Below, piece by piece: positions 30,559 through 42,800 of a stretch of 64,000 bases of DNA (its first letter is position 1; every line of letters begins with the position of its first letter). Below the pieces are notes generated by a model that did no database searches, was not told the origin of the DNA, and saw only the letters and a program-made list of their open reading frames with translations. The position numbers were made by a program, and so were the translations under genes. Origin of the DNA: Lama guanicoe (taxonomy: Eukaryota); the NCBI GenBank assembly GCA_013239625.1, contig MU054338.1, forward strand, positions 4,179,371 to 4,243,370, given 5' to 3'.

Positions 30559-33500
30559 TCATTCCTTGAGGGAGAAGTGCATCTTGTCGTTGATCATCTT
30601 GCGCTCGGGGTTCAGGCGCTTGAGGATCTGGGCCAGCACGTTCACCGTCTGGTCGCTGCTGAGCCCCGTCTTCTTGGTCTGGAACTTTTTCAGCAGGTCC
30701 TTGGTGGTCATGGGCTTCCGCGTCAGGTAGCGGCGCACGGCGTCCTCAGTCACCTGCACATCACTGGAGGCGGCAGGTGGGTGTCAGCCGGCGCCCTCTG
30801 GCCCCCACCCCCACACACCCTGCCCTGCCCGCATCGCCCACCGTCCTCACCAACTTACCCGCTGCTGGGGGTCGACTTCCCAGACTGGGGCTGAGGGGTG
30901 GACTTGCCCGACAGGCTCTGGGGCCCGGGATCCAGCCGCAGCCTCTTGGCCGCCGGCGTCTCGCTGGTCCGCTTCCCTGTGGGAGCAGAGGCGGGGCTGA
31001 GCCTTGGGCCGGACGCCGGACCCCAGGGAGGACCCCAGGCCGCCGGCTGTGCCGGGATTACTTGCGCGAGGGCCCGGGGGCAGGCAGGACGCCGAGTGGA
31101 GGACGAGGACCGGGTCAAGGCGGGTGGGACGGGCTGGGAACCACTCACCCTGCTCCAGCTTGCTGGCGGCGGCCCGCAGGGTGGAGGAGGTGCTGCCGCC
31201 CTCCGTGCTGGGGGTGCCCGGCCGGCTGTTGCCCCGGGAGCTGCCTCCCGACGGCTTCCGCTCTCTCTTCGGGGGCGTCTTTTTCTTCTGCGGAGATCGC
31301 AGTGGGGGATGTGAGTCGGGCAGGAGGTACTCCGTCCGCCTCCGCCCCCGCCCCGCCCCGCCCGGGCCGGGCCTCACCGCCATGAAGAGGGCCGAGGAGG
31401 CCTCGCTGTCGATGTCGCTCTCCTCCGAGCTGTCCGACTCATCGCTGCTGTCTGCATGGGGCAGAGAGGGGTGTCAGGACCAGAGACCCCCGTGCCCGCC
31501 CTCAGCCCGTCCCAGATCAGCGGCCCAGAGGGCGCGTCCACCTTTCCTCCGCTTCTTCTCCTGCGGCGTGGGCGCCTTCTTCTCCTCCTCCTCCTCCTTT
31601 TCCTCCTCGGGTGGCTTCTCCTCCTCGCTCTCCTCGCTGCTCTCGCTCTGCTCATCCACGCCCTTGGGGCCCTCCTCCTGCTGGGTGACCTTGGGCTTGC
31701 CCTCCAGCTCGTCCTGGGAGCTGCTGTAAGACAGAGAGCGGGCAGAGGGTGAGTGAGCGCGTCCGCCGCCGGCCCAGGGTCTCACACCCGCCTCCCGCCT
31801 GCCTCACCTGGAGCCGTCAGACATGTAGTCCACCTCCTGGCCCTCGAAGTCCCCGTCGTCGCTGTCCTCGAAGGCCTCGTCATCTGACCCCTTCTTCTTC
31901 TTCTTCTTCCTGCCCCCCTTGCCGGGCGGCACCTTCCTCTTGGCCTTGGGGGCTCGGCTGCCTGGGGAAAGGCGGAGAAGGCAGAGGGGCTCAGGTGGGC
32001 ATGCATCCCATTGTTGTATTCGATGACATCTGGACATCTCCGGGTCCTGCTGACCCAGGAGAGATGCCAGGACCAGCCAATTCCTCCAGGAGTCAAAGGG
32101 GTGGGCCTCTCACCTGCAAACTAACGGAGCAATCCCAACTCCACACCCCCCACCCCCTTTCTCTAACTCACATACAGGGCCACCATTGCTGCCCTAAATT
32201 ACCTGGGCCAGGCACCTCACAACTTGAGACCACCCGCTGGCCCAGAGCCTGCTGGAATACTCCAACTGGCCGGTCCTAAGATGTTCCCATGGAAACCCCA
32301 ACTGAGGCTGTGGCCAAGGCCTTCCTGGGGCTTCCTGCTGCCTCCTGCCCATTCTGGGGGCCCCCTAAGCGCCTGAGCTCTGGTGTCCAGGGAACTGGGA
32401 GTAACCAAGCTTTCCTTTCAGTGGCATCCACCTCTGTGCCATTGCACAGCCTCCTGGATAAATTACGAGTGGGCACTCATCAGGCAGCTGTGCTGGCCAC
32501 CCTGCCACCTGAGGACTCCACCCAGCCTCACCCTCCTCGCCGCTGGCCTCGCTGTCAGATGACATCTCCAGATCGTCCTCCAGGTCATGGATGCGCAGCT
32601 CGCTGGCCTTCTTGCGGCCGCGCTTCTCCTTCTCCTCATCCTCCTCGTCCTGGTCCTGGTCCTTGAGCCGCCGCTGCTGCATGATGCTGAAGTGGTTCAG
32701 GACTTTGTTTCTCCTGTGGGCAGGACGGGGTACAGCAGGGGCTGACAACGGGCCCTCCTCCAGGAGCTGGGTTTCTTTCCCAGTGCCTCCCAGCACCTTC
32801 CCCAGAGAAGAACCACAGACACAACTAAGGTGATGTGAGGGATGACCTGACCCTGCACCTGGGGACACATACATGTGGCACAAACCATGAGATCACCCTC
32901 CTCCAGTCCCTCTCTGCCCAGAGTCCCTCAAGGAGAAGGTCTCATGGGACGCTGATGTCCCAACACCTCTCTTGAACTCAGGGCCCTTCTCCAGCAGTAG
33001 AATCTGGCCACAATGCACCCACGTCTGTTTTTATTGTAGTTTATGGATGCCTTCTTTTTAATGTCAAGGGATTAGTGTTTCCATTTAGTGTGGTGATGGA
33101 AGTTTTTAAAAATGTGATTGGATTTAGAGAGCACCTTAGGATTGTATCCAATAACAGGAGCAGAATTCATTTATATTCATAGAAACAGGAATGAAGCTCT
33201 AGTCAACACAGTATTGGAAGTCCTAGCCTCACCAATCAGACAAGAAAGAAATAAAAAATGAAAGGAAGCTGAATTGGAATGGAAGAAATAAAACTGTTTG
33301 CAGATGGCATGATACTACATATATAGAAAATCCTAAAAGTGCCACCAAAAAATAATTAGAACTAATAAATGAATTCTACAAAGCTGCAGGATACAAACTT
33401 AATATACAGAAATCTGTTGCATTTCTATACAGTAACAACAAACTATCAGAAAGGGAAATTAAGAAAACAATCCCATTTACAGTTGCATCCAAAAGAATAA

Positions 33501-36500
33501 AACACCTAGGAATAAACCTAACCAAGGAGGTAAAAGACCTGTACTCAGAAAACTATAAGAAACTGAAGATGACACAAACAAATGGAAAAGTATCGTTAAT
33601 ACGACCGTACTACCCAAGGCAATCTAGAGAGCTGATGCAATCCCTATCAAAATACCAATGGCTTTTTTCATATAACAAATAATTTTGAAATTTATATGGA
33701 AACACAAAAAACCCCAAATAGCCAAAACAATGTTGAGAAAGAAGAATAAAGCTGAGGTATCACACACCCTGATTTCAAATTATACTACAATGTGACAAGA
33801 GACACATAGACCAAGGGGACAGAAGACAGCCCAAAAATGAACCCATGCATCTGTGGTCAAGTAATCTATGAGAGGAGGCAAGACTACAACAGGGAAAAGA
33901 CAGCCTCTTCAATAAGTGGTGTTGAGAAAACTGGACAGCTCCCTGTGAAAGAATCCAACTGGACTACTCTCTCAACCATGCACAAAAATAAATTACAAAC
34001 GTATCAAAGACTTAATGTAAGATCTGAAACCATAAAACTTCTAAAAGAAAACATAGGCAGTACACTCTGACATTAGTCTTAGTAATATTTTTTTTGGCTC
34101 TGTCTCCTTAGGCAAGAGAAACAAAAGCAAAAATAAACAAATGGGACTACACCAAACTAAAAAGCTTTTGCACAGTAAATGAAACTATTAACAAAACAAA
34201 AACACAACCAACTGAATGGGAGACGGTATTTGCAAATGATATATCTGATAAGGAGTTAATATCCAAAATATACAGAGAACGCATACAAATCAAAAACAAA
34301 CGAACAAAAAAACCTTATTAAAAAATGGGCACAGGACCTGAATAGACATTTTTCCAAAGAAGACATACAGATGGCCAACAGGCACGTGAAAAGATGCTCA
34401 ACATCACTAATTATTAGGGAAATGCCAACCAAAACCACAATGTGATATCACCTCACACCTATTTGAATGGCTATCATCAAAAGACAACAAATAACAAGTG
34501 CTGGTGAGGCCGTGGATAAAAGGGAACCCTCGTACACCATCGGTAGGAATGTAAATTCGTGCAGCCACCAATTTACATACAAAATTTTACATACAATTTA
34601 CATACAAAACAGTATGGAGGTTCCTCAAAAAAATTAAAACTAGTGGGCAGAGGATATAGCTCAGTATAGAGCACATGCTTAGCATGCATGAGGTCCTAGG
34701 TTCAATCCCCAGTACCTCCTCTAAAAATAAATAAATAAACCTAATTACCCACCCCCCAAATTAAAACCACCATACCAGCCAAAATCCCACGTCTGCGTAT
34801 CTTTCTGAAGAAAACAAAAGCACTAACTCAAAAAGATATATGCACCCTATGTTCATTACAGCACTATTTACAATAGCCAAAATATGGAAGGCAGGTACCA
34901 CATGACTTCACTTATAGGTGGAACCTTAAAAAAAAAAAAGAAAACAAGTGAACAAACATAACAAAACAGAAAGAGTCACAGATCCAAGGAATAAACAAGC
35001 GGTTGCCAAAGGGGAGAGGCGTGGGGGATGGGTGAAATAGGTGAGGGAGATTGAGGTACAGACTCTCAGCTGCAAAATGAATGTCACGGGGATGAAGCGT
35101 ACATACAGTCAACGATGATGTAATATTTTCGTGTGGTGACAGACGGCAACTAGGCTTATCCTGGAGATCATTTTGAAATGCAGAGAAATATCGAATCACC
35201 ATGTTGGACCCCCGAAACTAACACAGTGATGGAAGTCAATTATACTTCAAAAAACAAACACCCAAACTGCCAGAAAAAGAGATCCGATTTGTGGTCACCA
35301 GAGGTGGGAGGAGGGGGAACTGGATGAAGGTAGTTAAAAGGTACAAACTTCCAGTTATAAGATAAATCAGTACTAACTATTAATACCATTAATTACCACT
35401 CTTGCGTGTTATATATAAAAGTTACTGAGAGTAAACCCTCAGAGTTCTCAGCACAAGGGAAAAATATATTTGTCTATGTTTGTAATTTTGTATCTCTATG
35501 AGATGATGGATGTTTACTAAATCTACGGTGGTGATCATTTCATGATGGAGGTAAATGAAATCATTAATGCAGTGCGCCTTAAACTTAGGCTGTATGTCAA
35601 TTACATCTCCATAAAACTGGAAGAGAAAAAACAGGAATGAAGCTCCGTTTCACAAAAATGTGAATGTACTTAATATTACTGAATGGTACACCTAAAAATG
35701 GTTAAGATGATAAATTTGACATCCTCTTTACTACAAAATTAAAAAAAAAAAAAGGAATGAAGCACTGATACACATTACAATGTGGATGAGCCTTGAAAAC
35801 ACGATGCTCAGTGAAATAAGCCAGACAAAAGCCGACAACTAGTGTCTGATTCCACTCGTACGAGGTCCCTACAGGAGTCAGATTCATACAGACAGTAAGT
35901 AGACGGTGGGGGCCAGGGGCTGGGGAGGGGGAGGGGGAGTGAGTGTTTCATGGGGACAGAGTTTCAGTTGAGGAAGATAAGAAAGTTCAGGAAATGATGG
36001 TGGGGATGGTTACACAATATCGTGAATGTAACTTAATGCCACTGAGCTGTGCACTTAAAAATGGTAAACTGTGTGTTACATGTATTTTACCAGCAGTTGA
36101 TTCAGCTGTGAAACCTCCTGCCTGGGGGAAGCCATGCAGGCCATGGAGACCCCACCCTGCTCTGCCCATTCCTGCTCCACGCTCAGCTCAACCACCACCC
36201 CTCCGCCTCTTGCACCACCTGGTGCGTCCCTGATGGTTCCAATCAGTCTCTCCCCTGGACAGGGAGTTCCCTGAGGGACTGGTGAGGTCTAGCTTGGTCA
36301 CCACTGAGTCCTCAGCTCCCAGCCTGGGACACAGGGGGATGCCCCCCATTTCCCGTCATTTCCAGGAAAGCCCAGGCTCACTCACCTCTCCCACTCCTCC
36401 TCCGCCTCCTCCGCCGTGAGCGTGCGATGCCGGGCCAGCGGCGTGAAGTTGTACCAGTTGTGTACGGGGAAGGCCTCGAAGGCCCCATCGGGGCACTGGG

Positions 36501-39180
36501 TAAAGATGTAGTAGGAGGTGTTCTCGGTCACACCTCCCTTCTTTATGCCCTTGAACCTACAGGGAGTTCAAGGTTATGGTCGGCCTGAGGAATAGGGACC
36601 AGCCCCAGCCCTCCCACCTGCATCCCCAGGTCTTGGGCTGGCTCTTCAAACTGTGTGAGCACAGATTTCATGGTCCTTTCTGGAAGGACCGTGAAGAGCA
36701 TGGGTCCTACAGTCAGACCCTTCTGGATTTGCCTCCAGTATCCTCCTCAGGCCCAAACACCACTGCCAGCCGCCCCCTGGCCTCCGCCTTCACCTTTTTG
36801 TGCCCCACCAGACCGGGCCCCTTCCCTGCCTGCAACTGTCAGGCTCCCCGGGCCCCAGCCCACCCAGAGTCCAGCTGCGGCTGTGTGCACCGGGGGCCAG
36901 CACCCGGGCTGCCTGCATCCCGGCCCTCGGAGCTCCTACCCGAGCATCCACTTGGCTCATCTTCCCAAGTGAAACCCTTCACACTCGCCGCCACCACTTA
37001 CTTCCGGCCCGATTTGCCGTTGACGCGGAGCAGCCAGGGCTGGTCCTCGGGCCGGAACTCCTTGAGGACGATGCCGTACTTCTTCCTCCGCGCCTCCTCC
37101 CGGAGCTTGCGGTTGAACTCGCTGCCAGCACCCGACTCGGGCATCTCCTCCTCTTGGTAAATCTTCTTGTTGCTCAGATCGCGCTCCAGCCTGGCCTGGG
37201 GGCGCAGGGAGCAACAGCTCTCCTCAGGAAGCCTGCCCTGACTCGGGTGCCCCCGCCAACAAATGCCCTTTCCTCTACACCCGGCACTACCCCTCCCCCG
37301 GCCCCCCGACAGCTGAGCTGGGGACGCTTGAGCCAACTTCCTGCGGGGCCAAAAGGCATCGGGTGAATGTAGGGGAAGAAATTGGGGTAAGCCTTGTACC
37401 GTGTCTAGTTTTGCAGCTTTTTGAAAGTTTGAAAGTACTTCCCAATGCAAAGTTAAAAAAAAAAAAGAAAGAAAGAAAGAAAAGAAAAGAAACAAAGAAA
37501 GAAAAAGAAAAGAAAAAAAGAGAGAAAGAAACTCCAAGACTCAATCACTTCTCATAACCTCCGTTTGCTCCAAGCCCCATCACGACTCACCTGGCCCAGA
37601 ACCTTCACCTCCACTCTGTTCTCCCGTCAACTGCCCTCCACCCCACAGTGGCCAGATCAACCTCCCCATTTAAAATCTTTTAATAGTGGGGAGTGTATAG
37701 CTCAGTGGGCATACTTAGCATGCCAGAGGTCCCGGGTTCAATCCCCAGGATCTCCGTTAAACAAAAATAAAATGTGTTTAATGACTTCTGCTATCAATAC
37801 ATGTTTATGTCCCTCTAAAATGCATATGTTGAAACCTAATCTCCAGTGTGATGGGATTTGGGGCAATGATTAGATTAGGAGGGCAGAGCCTTATGAATGG
37901 GATGAGCGTCCTCGAAAAGGATCCCAGAGAGCGCCCCCTCCTCTTTTGCCAGGAGAGGACACAGTGAAAACGCACCAGCTGTGAACCAGGAAGCACACCC
38001 TCAACAGACACCAGATCTGTTGCTGCCTTGATCTTGGACATCCAGCCTCCAGAATTAGGAGCGGTACATTTCTGTTGTTCACAAACCGCCCAGGCTCTGG
38101 TGGTCTGCTAGAACAGCCCCAGAGAACTAAAACAGCTCCCAAAGTCCTTTCTAGAACCTCTGACAAGGGGGGCTCTGACATTACCTGTAGGACGGAGCCC
38201 CCTCCCTTGCCCAGATAAATCAAGGCCCCAGATGCCCATCCGTGGACCCAACTCCTTTCAGGAGAAAGCCTCCTGCAGGGCCTGGTGTATCTTACCTTCA
38301 GGGATGCCCAGCGGCTCAGCCTGGGCTTTAGTCATCACTTATCTCTACTTGGGGAGAGCTGGCAAACCTGAGCACCTAAGCCTTAGTTACTGTTACAGCT
38401 AAGAAGCTATTCCAACCAGCAAGTCTAGGATCAGGTCTCTCACCTCCCTCAGGACTAGGACTTACCTGATTCCAAGTAGCAAGGTTGACTTTATCGGCTG
38501 CATTGAAGGCCATGATGTTATATTTTTTGGTGGTATTTCTACAATAGACAAGAAGAGATAGTGTTCAATCATTTATTCAGTAAACACTCCCGGGCTCAAG
38601 CCCTTTGTGCCCGGTAATGCGAGGGACTCATAAAAGATCCAAGGGGTTCCCAGTCTGTCAGGGAAGTGGAGTCCATACCCCCAACCCCATTCAGAGAAAG
38701 GGACAGAGATTTCTGGGACCCCAAGATGAGGGGATAATTGGGAACTCAGCCCTGGGCAGGGAGGTGGGCAGTCAGGGAATGCCTCTAGGAGGAGGAAAAT
38801 ATTGGAACTGGGTTTTGCAAATCAGCAAGAATTCTCCTGTGTATAAATGTACTCATTTATTCATTCATTCACTCCGTTCAAAAAACAGTGCTGTCCCCAA
38901 AGAGGCCTAGCTCAACCCCAGCTCTGCCCTCAGGTCGCTGTAGTCTGGAAGGGGAATCAGGAGGTGCCAGGCACGCCTGGTAGCTCGTTAAAATTTTAAT
39001 CCCTTTTTGGGGGAGAGGGGCAGGTAGGGTCAGGGACTTACTTGGGAACTCGGACGACATACTCGGTGACATTCTGGCCGCTGGAGCCCTGAGGGGACAG
39101 AACGCAGGATGGTGAGGGGCTACAGAGGCCGCCGCCGGGACCCCAGAACCGCCTCGCCTCATACATACGAGAGCTGCCAT
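30559..39180 (-). CDS. GTF2F1: General transcription factor IIF subunit 1 (RAP74), 12 coding exons, 516 aa
   Basis: Exons 39180-39169, 39088-39042, 38538-38466, 37195-37002, 36556-36386, 32713-32532, 31961-31808, 31723-31542, 31451-31378, 31287-31149, 30976-30859, 30763-30559 (1551 nt, consistent phases). Starts [20 protein letters not shown] and ends with the winged helix ...[14 protein letters not shown]. Confidence 0.97.
33200..36090 (+). mobile_element. Degraded L1 ORF2 3' half plus 3' UTRs in GTF2F1 intron 5, with a SINE at about 34645-34757
   Basis: L1 ORF2 remnants (CTGTTTGCAGATGGCATGATACTACAT, GCAGGATACAAACTTAATATACAGAAATC, GAAGACATACAGATGGCCAACAGGCAC) with stops and deletions. SINE flanked by AAATTAAAAC repeats. 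Confidence 0.85.
37688..38130 (+). mobile_element. Shortened SINE (about 37688-37770) followed by an MLT1A-like LTR (about 37790-38130)
   Basis: SINE head, then CATATGTTGAAACCTAATCTCCAGTGTGATGG...TGCCTTGATCTTGGACATCCAGCCTCCAGAA. Confidence 0.75.
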
Positions 39181-39249
39181 GGGAGATGGGCGATGGTCGG
39201 GGTCCGGTCTGATCCTGGTCCTTTTCGCCTCCTCCGAGGTCCGCGTCCC

Positions 39250-39894
39250 TCCGTCCCGCGGAAGCCGCCCTCGAGGTGTCGGGTCTCTGGGCCCGATCGA
39301 GGACCGTAAGACTGGGATGCTGCCGATCCTGGGAAAAGCTATCTGGGAGCGGTGCTGGGTCAGCGATCAGCCTCCGAGGCGTCTCCCGCCACGTCTGCGC
39401 CTGCGCCGTCGCCTAAACTGGAAGCCAAGCGAAACTCTCCGGCTAGCAGCGTCGCCGAGGCCGACCCCGAGCTAAAGGCAGCGCCGTCTGCGGCCGGCGC
39501 GCTGGCTGACTGCAAAATATAGCGCCGATAACTCGATCACGACGTGTGGGAACGCCCTCCCCGTGACGTCACACGTAAGGGCAACAGGGCATCCTGGGAG
39601 GAGAGGGAGAAACTAGCCCTTCCCGCGGGCTCCGGCGCCGTGCGCATGCGCCACTCCACTCAGGAAGTGAGTCCTAGCAGGCCGCGTTACCATAGCAACC
39701 GAGGCCCTCTTCACACTAAACCGTTGCGGCTCCACCTGAGCTTCTTTGGGGTTCATTTCTTTCCTCTGCCCCGGGAGGACGCCATCATTTCGCCAAATGA
39801 TCGGGCCAGGGGCCCTTGTGACGTTGAACCGAGCCAGGAGGGGTCAGGGCCGGGGTGGGGTTTGGATGCGATCACCCCACGGGCGGCTGGCGGG
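39250..39894. promoter_or_regulatory. Bidirectional CpG-island promoter between GTF2F1 and the AK1-like gene
   Basis: Divergent ATGs at 39180 (-) and 39895 (+). NRF1-type TGCGCCTGCGC at 39396 and TGCGCATGCGC at 39641, CRE TGACGTCA 39564-39571, ETS CAGGAAGT 39661, RFX X-box GTTACCATAGCAAC 39686-39699. Confidence 0.8.
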
Positions 39895-42800
39895 ATGGGT
39901 CTGTGCAAGTCCAAGCTGTCCCAGATGGGCAGGCCTCTGAGGCCCCAGGAGAAGGGTAACATCGCGGGTGGCTGGCTTACTGGGGGGGAGGGAAGGAGGC
40001 TGTGGAGGGCAGGAGAGAAGCACAGGTACTCCACACACCAAGTCCAAGGGTGCACACGCCCCTCCTCCCCAACTGTGGTAGTAACACAACTGCGCATGCT
40101 CAGGATCAGCCATTCACTGATCCGCTTGAGCACCCGCTGTGCTGGGTTCTAGGCAGTTCATGGTGAATGGGGCAGACCAGCTTGGAGATTACAGTGTGGT
40201 GGAAGAGACAGCCTCAGAAAATGAGATCTACAAACCAGGAGGAACCGGGTGCCACTGAGGGCTGCCCCAGGGAAAGAGCAGGTGGCTCTGAGGGCTCAGG
40301 GAAGAGGGAAGGTGTAAACTAGAAGTTGACTAAGCAAAGGTGGAGGGAAGCAAGACGCCCAAATCACACCATAAACTACAGCACCCCATAGATGTGTCTG
40401 CTAGTTGTGGACATTCAGGTATTCCTCGCCGACTACTATATGTCCGAAAACCTGCCAACTAGGGGAAACTTAGGGACAAGGAAGACAAATAGTCCTTGTC
40501 TTCATGGAGTATACAGTCTGGCTGGGGAGACAAGAATAAGTAAACAGGCAAAATCATCACTGATCGTGGCCATTGCTGTGGAGGGAATGGGATTCTGAGA
40601 CTAGGAATGATGAGGTGGAAGGCTCTTTAGACAGAGCTTAGAGAAGACATGATGGGTGAGCTGAGACCTGAAGAACTGCAGTGGGGACTTGCCAGGATGA
40701 GGAGAGACAGTAGGGGAGGGATGCGTTTGGCAAGTTCAAGGGACAGAAAGGAGGCCACTGGGACTGGAATGCAGTAAAGGAAGGGAGGGTGGTATGGGAG
40801 GAGTCTGGAGAGGGTGAGCAAGTCCCTGCCCCTCTCTGAGCCTCAGTTTCCTCAACTGTAAGATGGGATGATAGGGTTATTGTGAAGCTTCAAGGAGATG
40901 CTGCGTGCAAGGGGCCTGGCCTGCTCAGTTTCACATCCTCATCCACACAACCCTCAGCAGCACTAATGCATGCATTGCCTGGATACACTGCTGGGTGTGG
41001 ACACGCACCTCTGGATGCCACCCTAGGGCAAAAGTGGGTATGCCAGTGGACCTGTGTCTGGTGTACCAAGTACTCACACTAAGCCCTGGACACAGTCGCC
41101 TCGGTGCCCACTGGCCCCTCCAGGTGCCAGCCCCTCACCCTTCCTCTTTCCCTGGCACTGCAGACATCCTCAAGTCCCCCCTGATCATCTTCGTGATGGG
41201 TGGTCCTGGCTGCGGCAAAGGGACACAGTGCAAGAACATGGCAACTAAGAACGGCTTCTGCCACGTGGGGCTGGGCCAGCTGCTGCGGCAGGAGGCCCAG
41301 CGGGGCACCCGGCGGGGCCAGAAGATCCGTTACCTCATGCTGCAGGGACTCCTGGTGCCCACGGTGAGAGCTCCCGGGCGTGGTAGGGGCAGAGGGAAGA
41401 GGGAGCTTCCCAGGAGGGCCCTGTGCCAGCCAACTGGCCCCGAAAGCCACAGCTGCTGCTCTGCTGCCCTGAGCCTGTGTTCTCAACTGTAAAATGGAAG
41501 AGCGGCTGGACCCACAGCAGGAGGCTGTGGGGACAGTTGGATGACATCATTCCTATAATGCACTTGGCAGAGTCCCGGCACTTAAGAAGCGCTCAGTAAA
41601 CTTAACTAGTATTTATTCCCTTTGTGACTCTGGGCATCACCCCAGTACCCCATGGTAGTGACCAGTAAATGCATCCAGCATGTCTGGCTCACGGCAGACG
41701 CCCACCCAGGAGATGGTTGCCCAGCCCAGTTCTCAGAAGTGCTTCCAGAGTCCCCAGCTCATTGGAGCCGACTCAGAATCCAGGATGCCAGCTGGGTGTT
41801 CCCCCCTATTCATCTGAATTTGCCAAGGGGACCTGGCAGGTGAGGGGCCTCAGGCACTGAAGGCAGCCCCCTCTTCCCTCCCCAGGGTGTCATCCTTGAT
41901 ATGATCAGCGACCACATGCTGTCCTGCCCGGAGAGCCGGGGCTTCCTCATCGACGGCTTCCCCCGGGGGGCTGAGGCAGGCCAAAGAGTTTGAGCGCATC
42001 GTGAGTGACCCCTGCCAGGGTGTGGAGCCAGGGCTCCCACCCTTCTCCCCACCTGGGATGGAGATTGCAAGGGGCAATACTGGGGGCGGGGGGGAGTTGG
42101 CGCAGGGAGATGGAGTTTTGTATTATCTAGGGACAGTCAGGAGATTGTTGGAAGCATCTAGAACCAGGGTGAAAAGCTGGTGAGCTCTCTGGGGGTGAGG
42201 ACAAAGTCATTTTAACATCTCCCCTCACAGTCCCTGGCACCGGGAGACAGACTGTTTGCCCACCGAGAGGTGGGTAGTTTGAGCATCACCTCTGGGCCAC
42301 AAAGCTGGAATATAGCTCTTTGCTCGTCTATTTATTCAACCTCCTGTCACTGACATAGTTCTTGAGGGCAAGCTCAGGCCTCTGGACTTGACCAGACACA
42401 CAGGGTCCCTGCTTTTGGGATGCAACAGGCACCAGCAACAGGTCCCGTGCAAAACAAAACAGAAATTTCTGGTGGCGGTAAAGTACGATGAGGAACAGAG
42501 AACAGAATAATGTCCTGGAGAGAGGGCTGCTTCAGATGGGTGGTCCAGGGGCCCCCCCGGCAGTGGGCACCCCAGGGAACTGAGCCCTGGATGAGAAGCC
42601 ATCCAGACCCGCAATGCTGACTTCATGAAAAGTCATCCCCTCCGACCCCGGGCACCTGAACAGCCGTGACCGGAAGGCTTGGAGAGGACTTTCAGGAAAA
42701 GAGAAACGGGGGCGGGCTCTGGGCCTCCGGGCTCTCCTGGGACTTGCAGGATGCCGGAAGAGTCGCCTTCAGAGAAGTCCGTGCACAGGGAGGGAATCAG

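Noticed and set aside
30274..32279. Long plus-strand ORFs (176-241 aa) overlapping GTF2F1
   Set aside because: Antisense shadows of GC-rich, low-complexity exons and short introns, with no recognisable domain.
24369..34610. Small local duplications (CACCAATTCAACAATTA twice at about 24369-24416; AATTTACATAC three times at about 34569-34605)
   Set aside because: Ordinary slippage duplications inside old repeats.
37455..37531. Near-pure purine (GAAA)n/A-rich tract as a functional triplex element
   Set aside because: Typical degenerate poly(A)-derived simple repeat with no supporting evidence.
30764..39168. Short GC-rich introns of GTF2F1 (and similar ones in KHSRP) as mirtrons or miRNA hosts
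   Set aside because: I could not identify a convincing hairpin or a recognisable mature miRNA by eye; small-RNA data would be needed.
39544..40152. 202-aa single-exon ORF across the bidirectional promoter
   Set aside because: Only 39895-39955 fits the spliced AK-like model; the rest is a stop-poor CpG island and intron, and the ORF starts at GTG.
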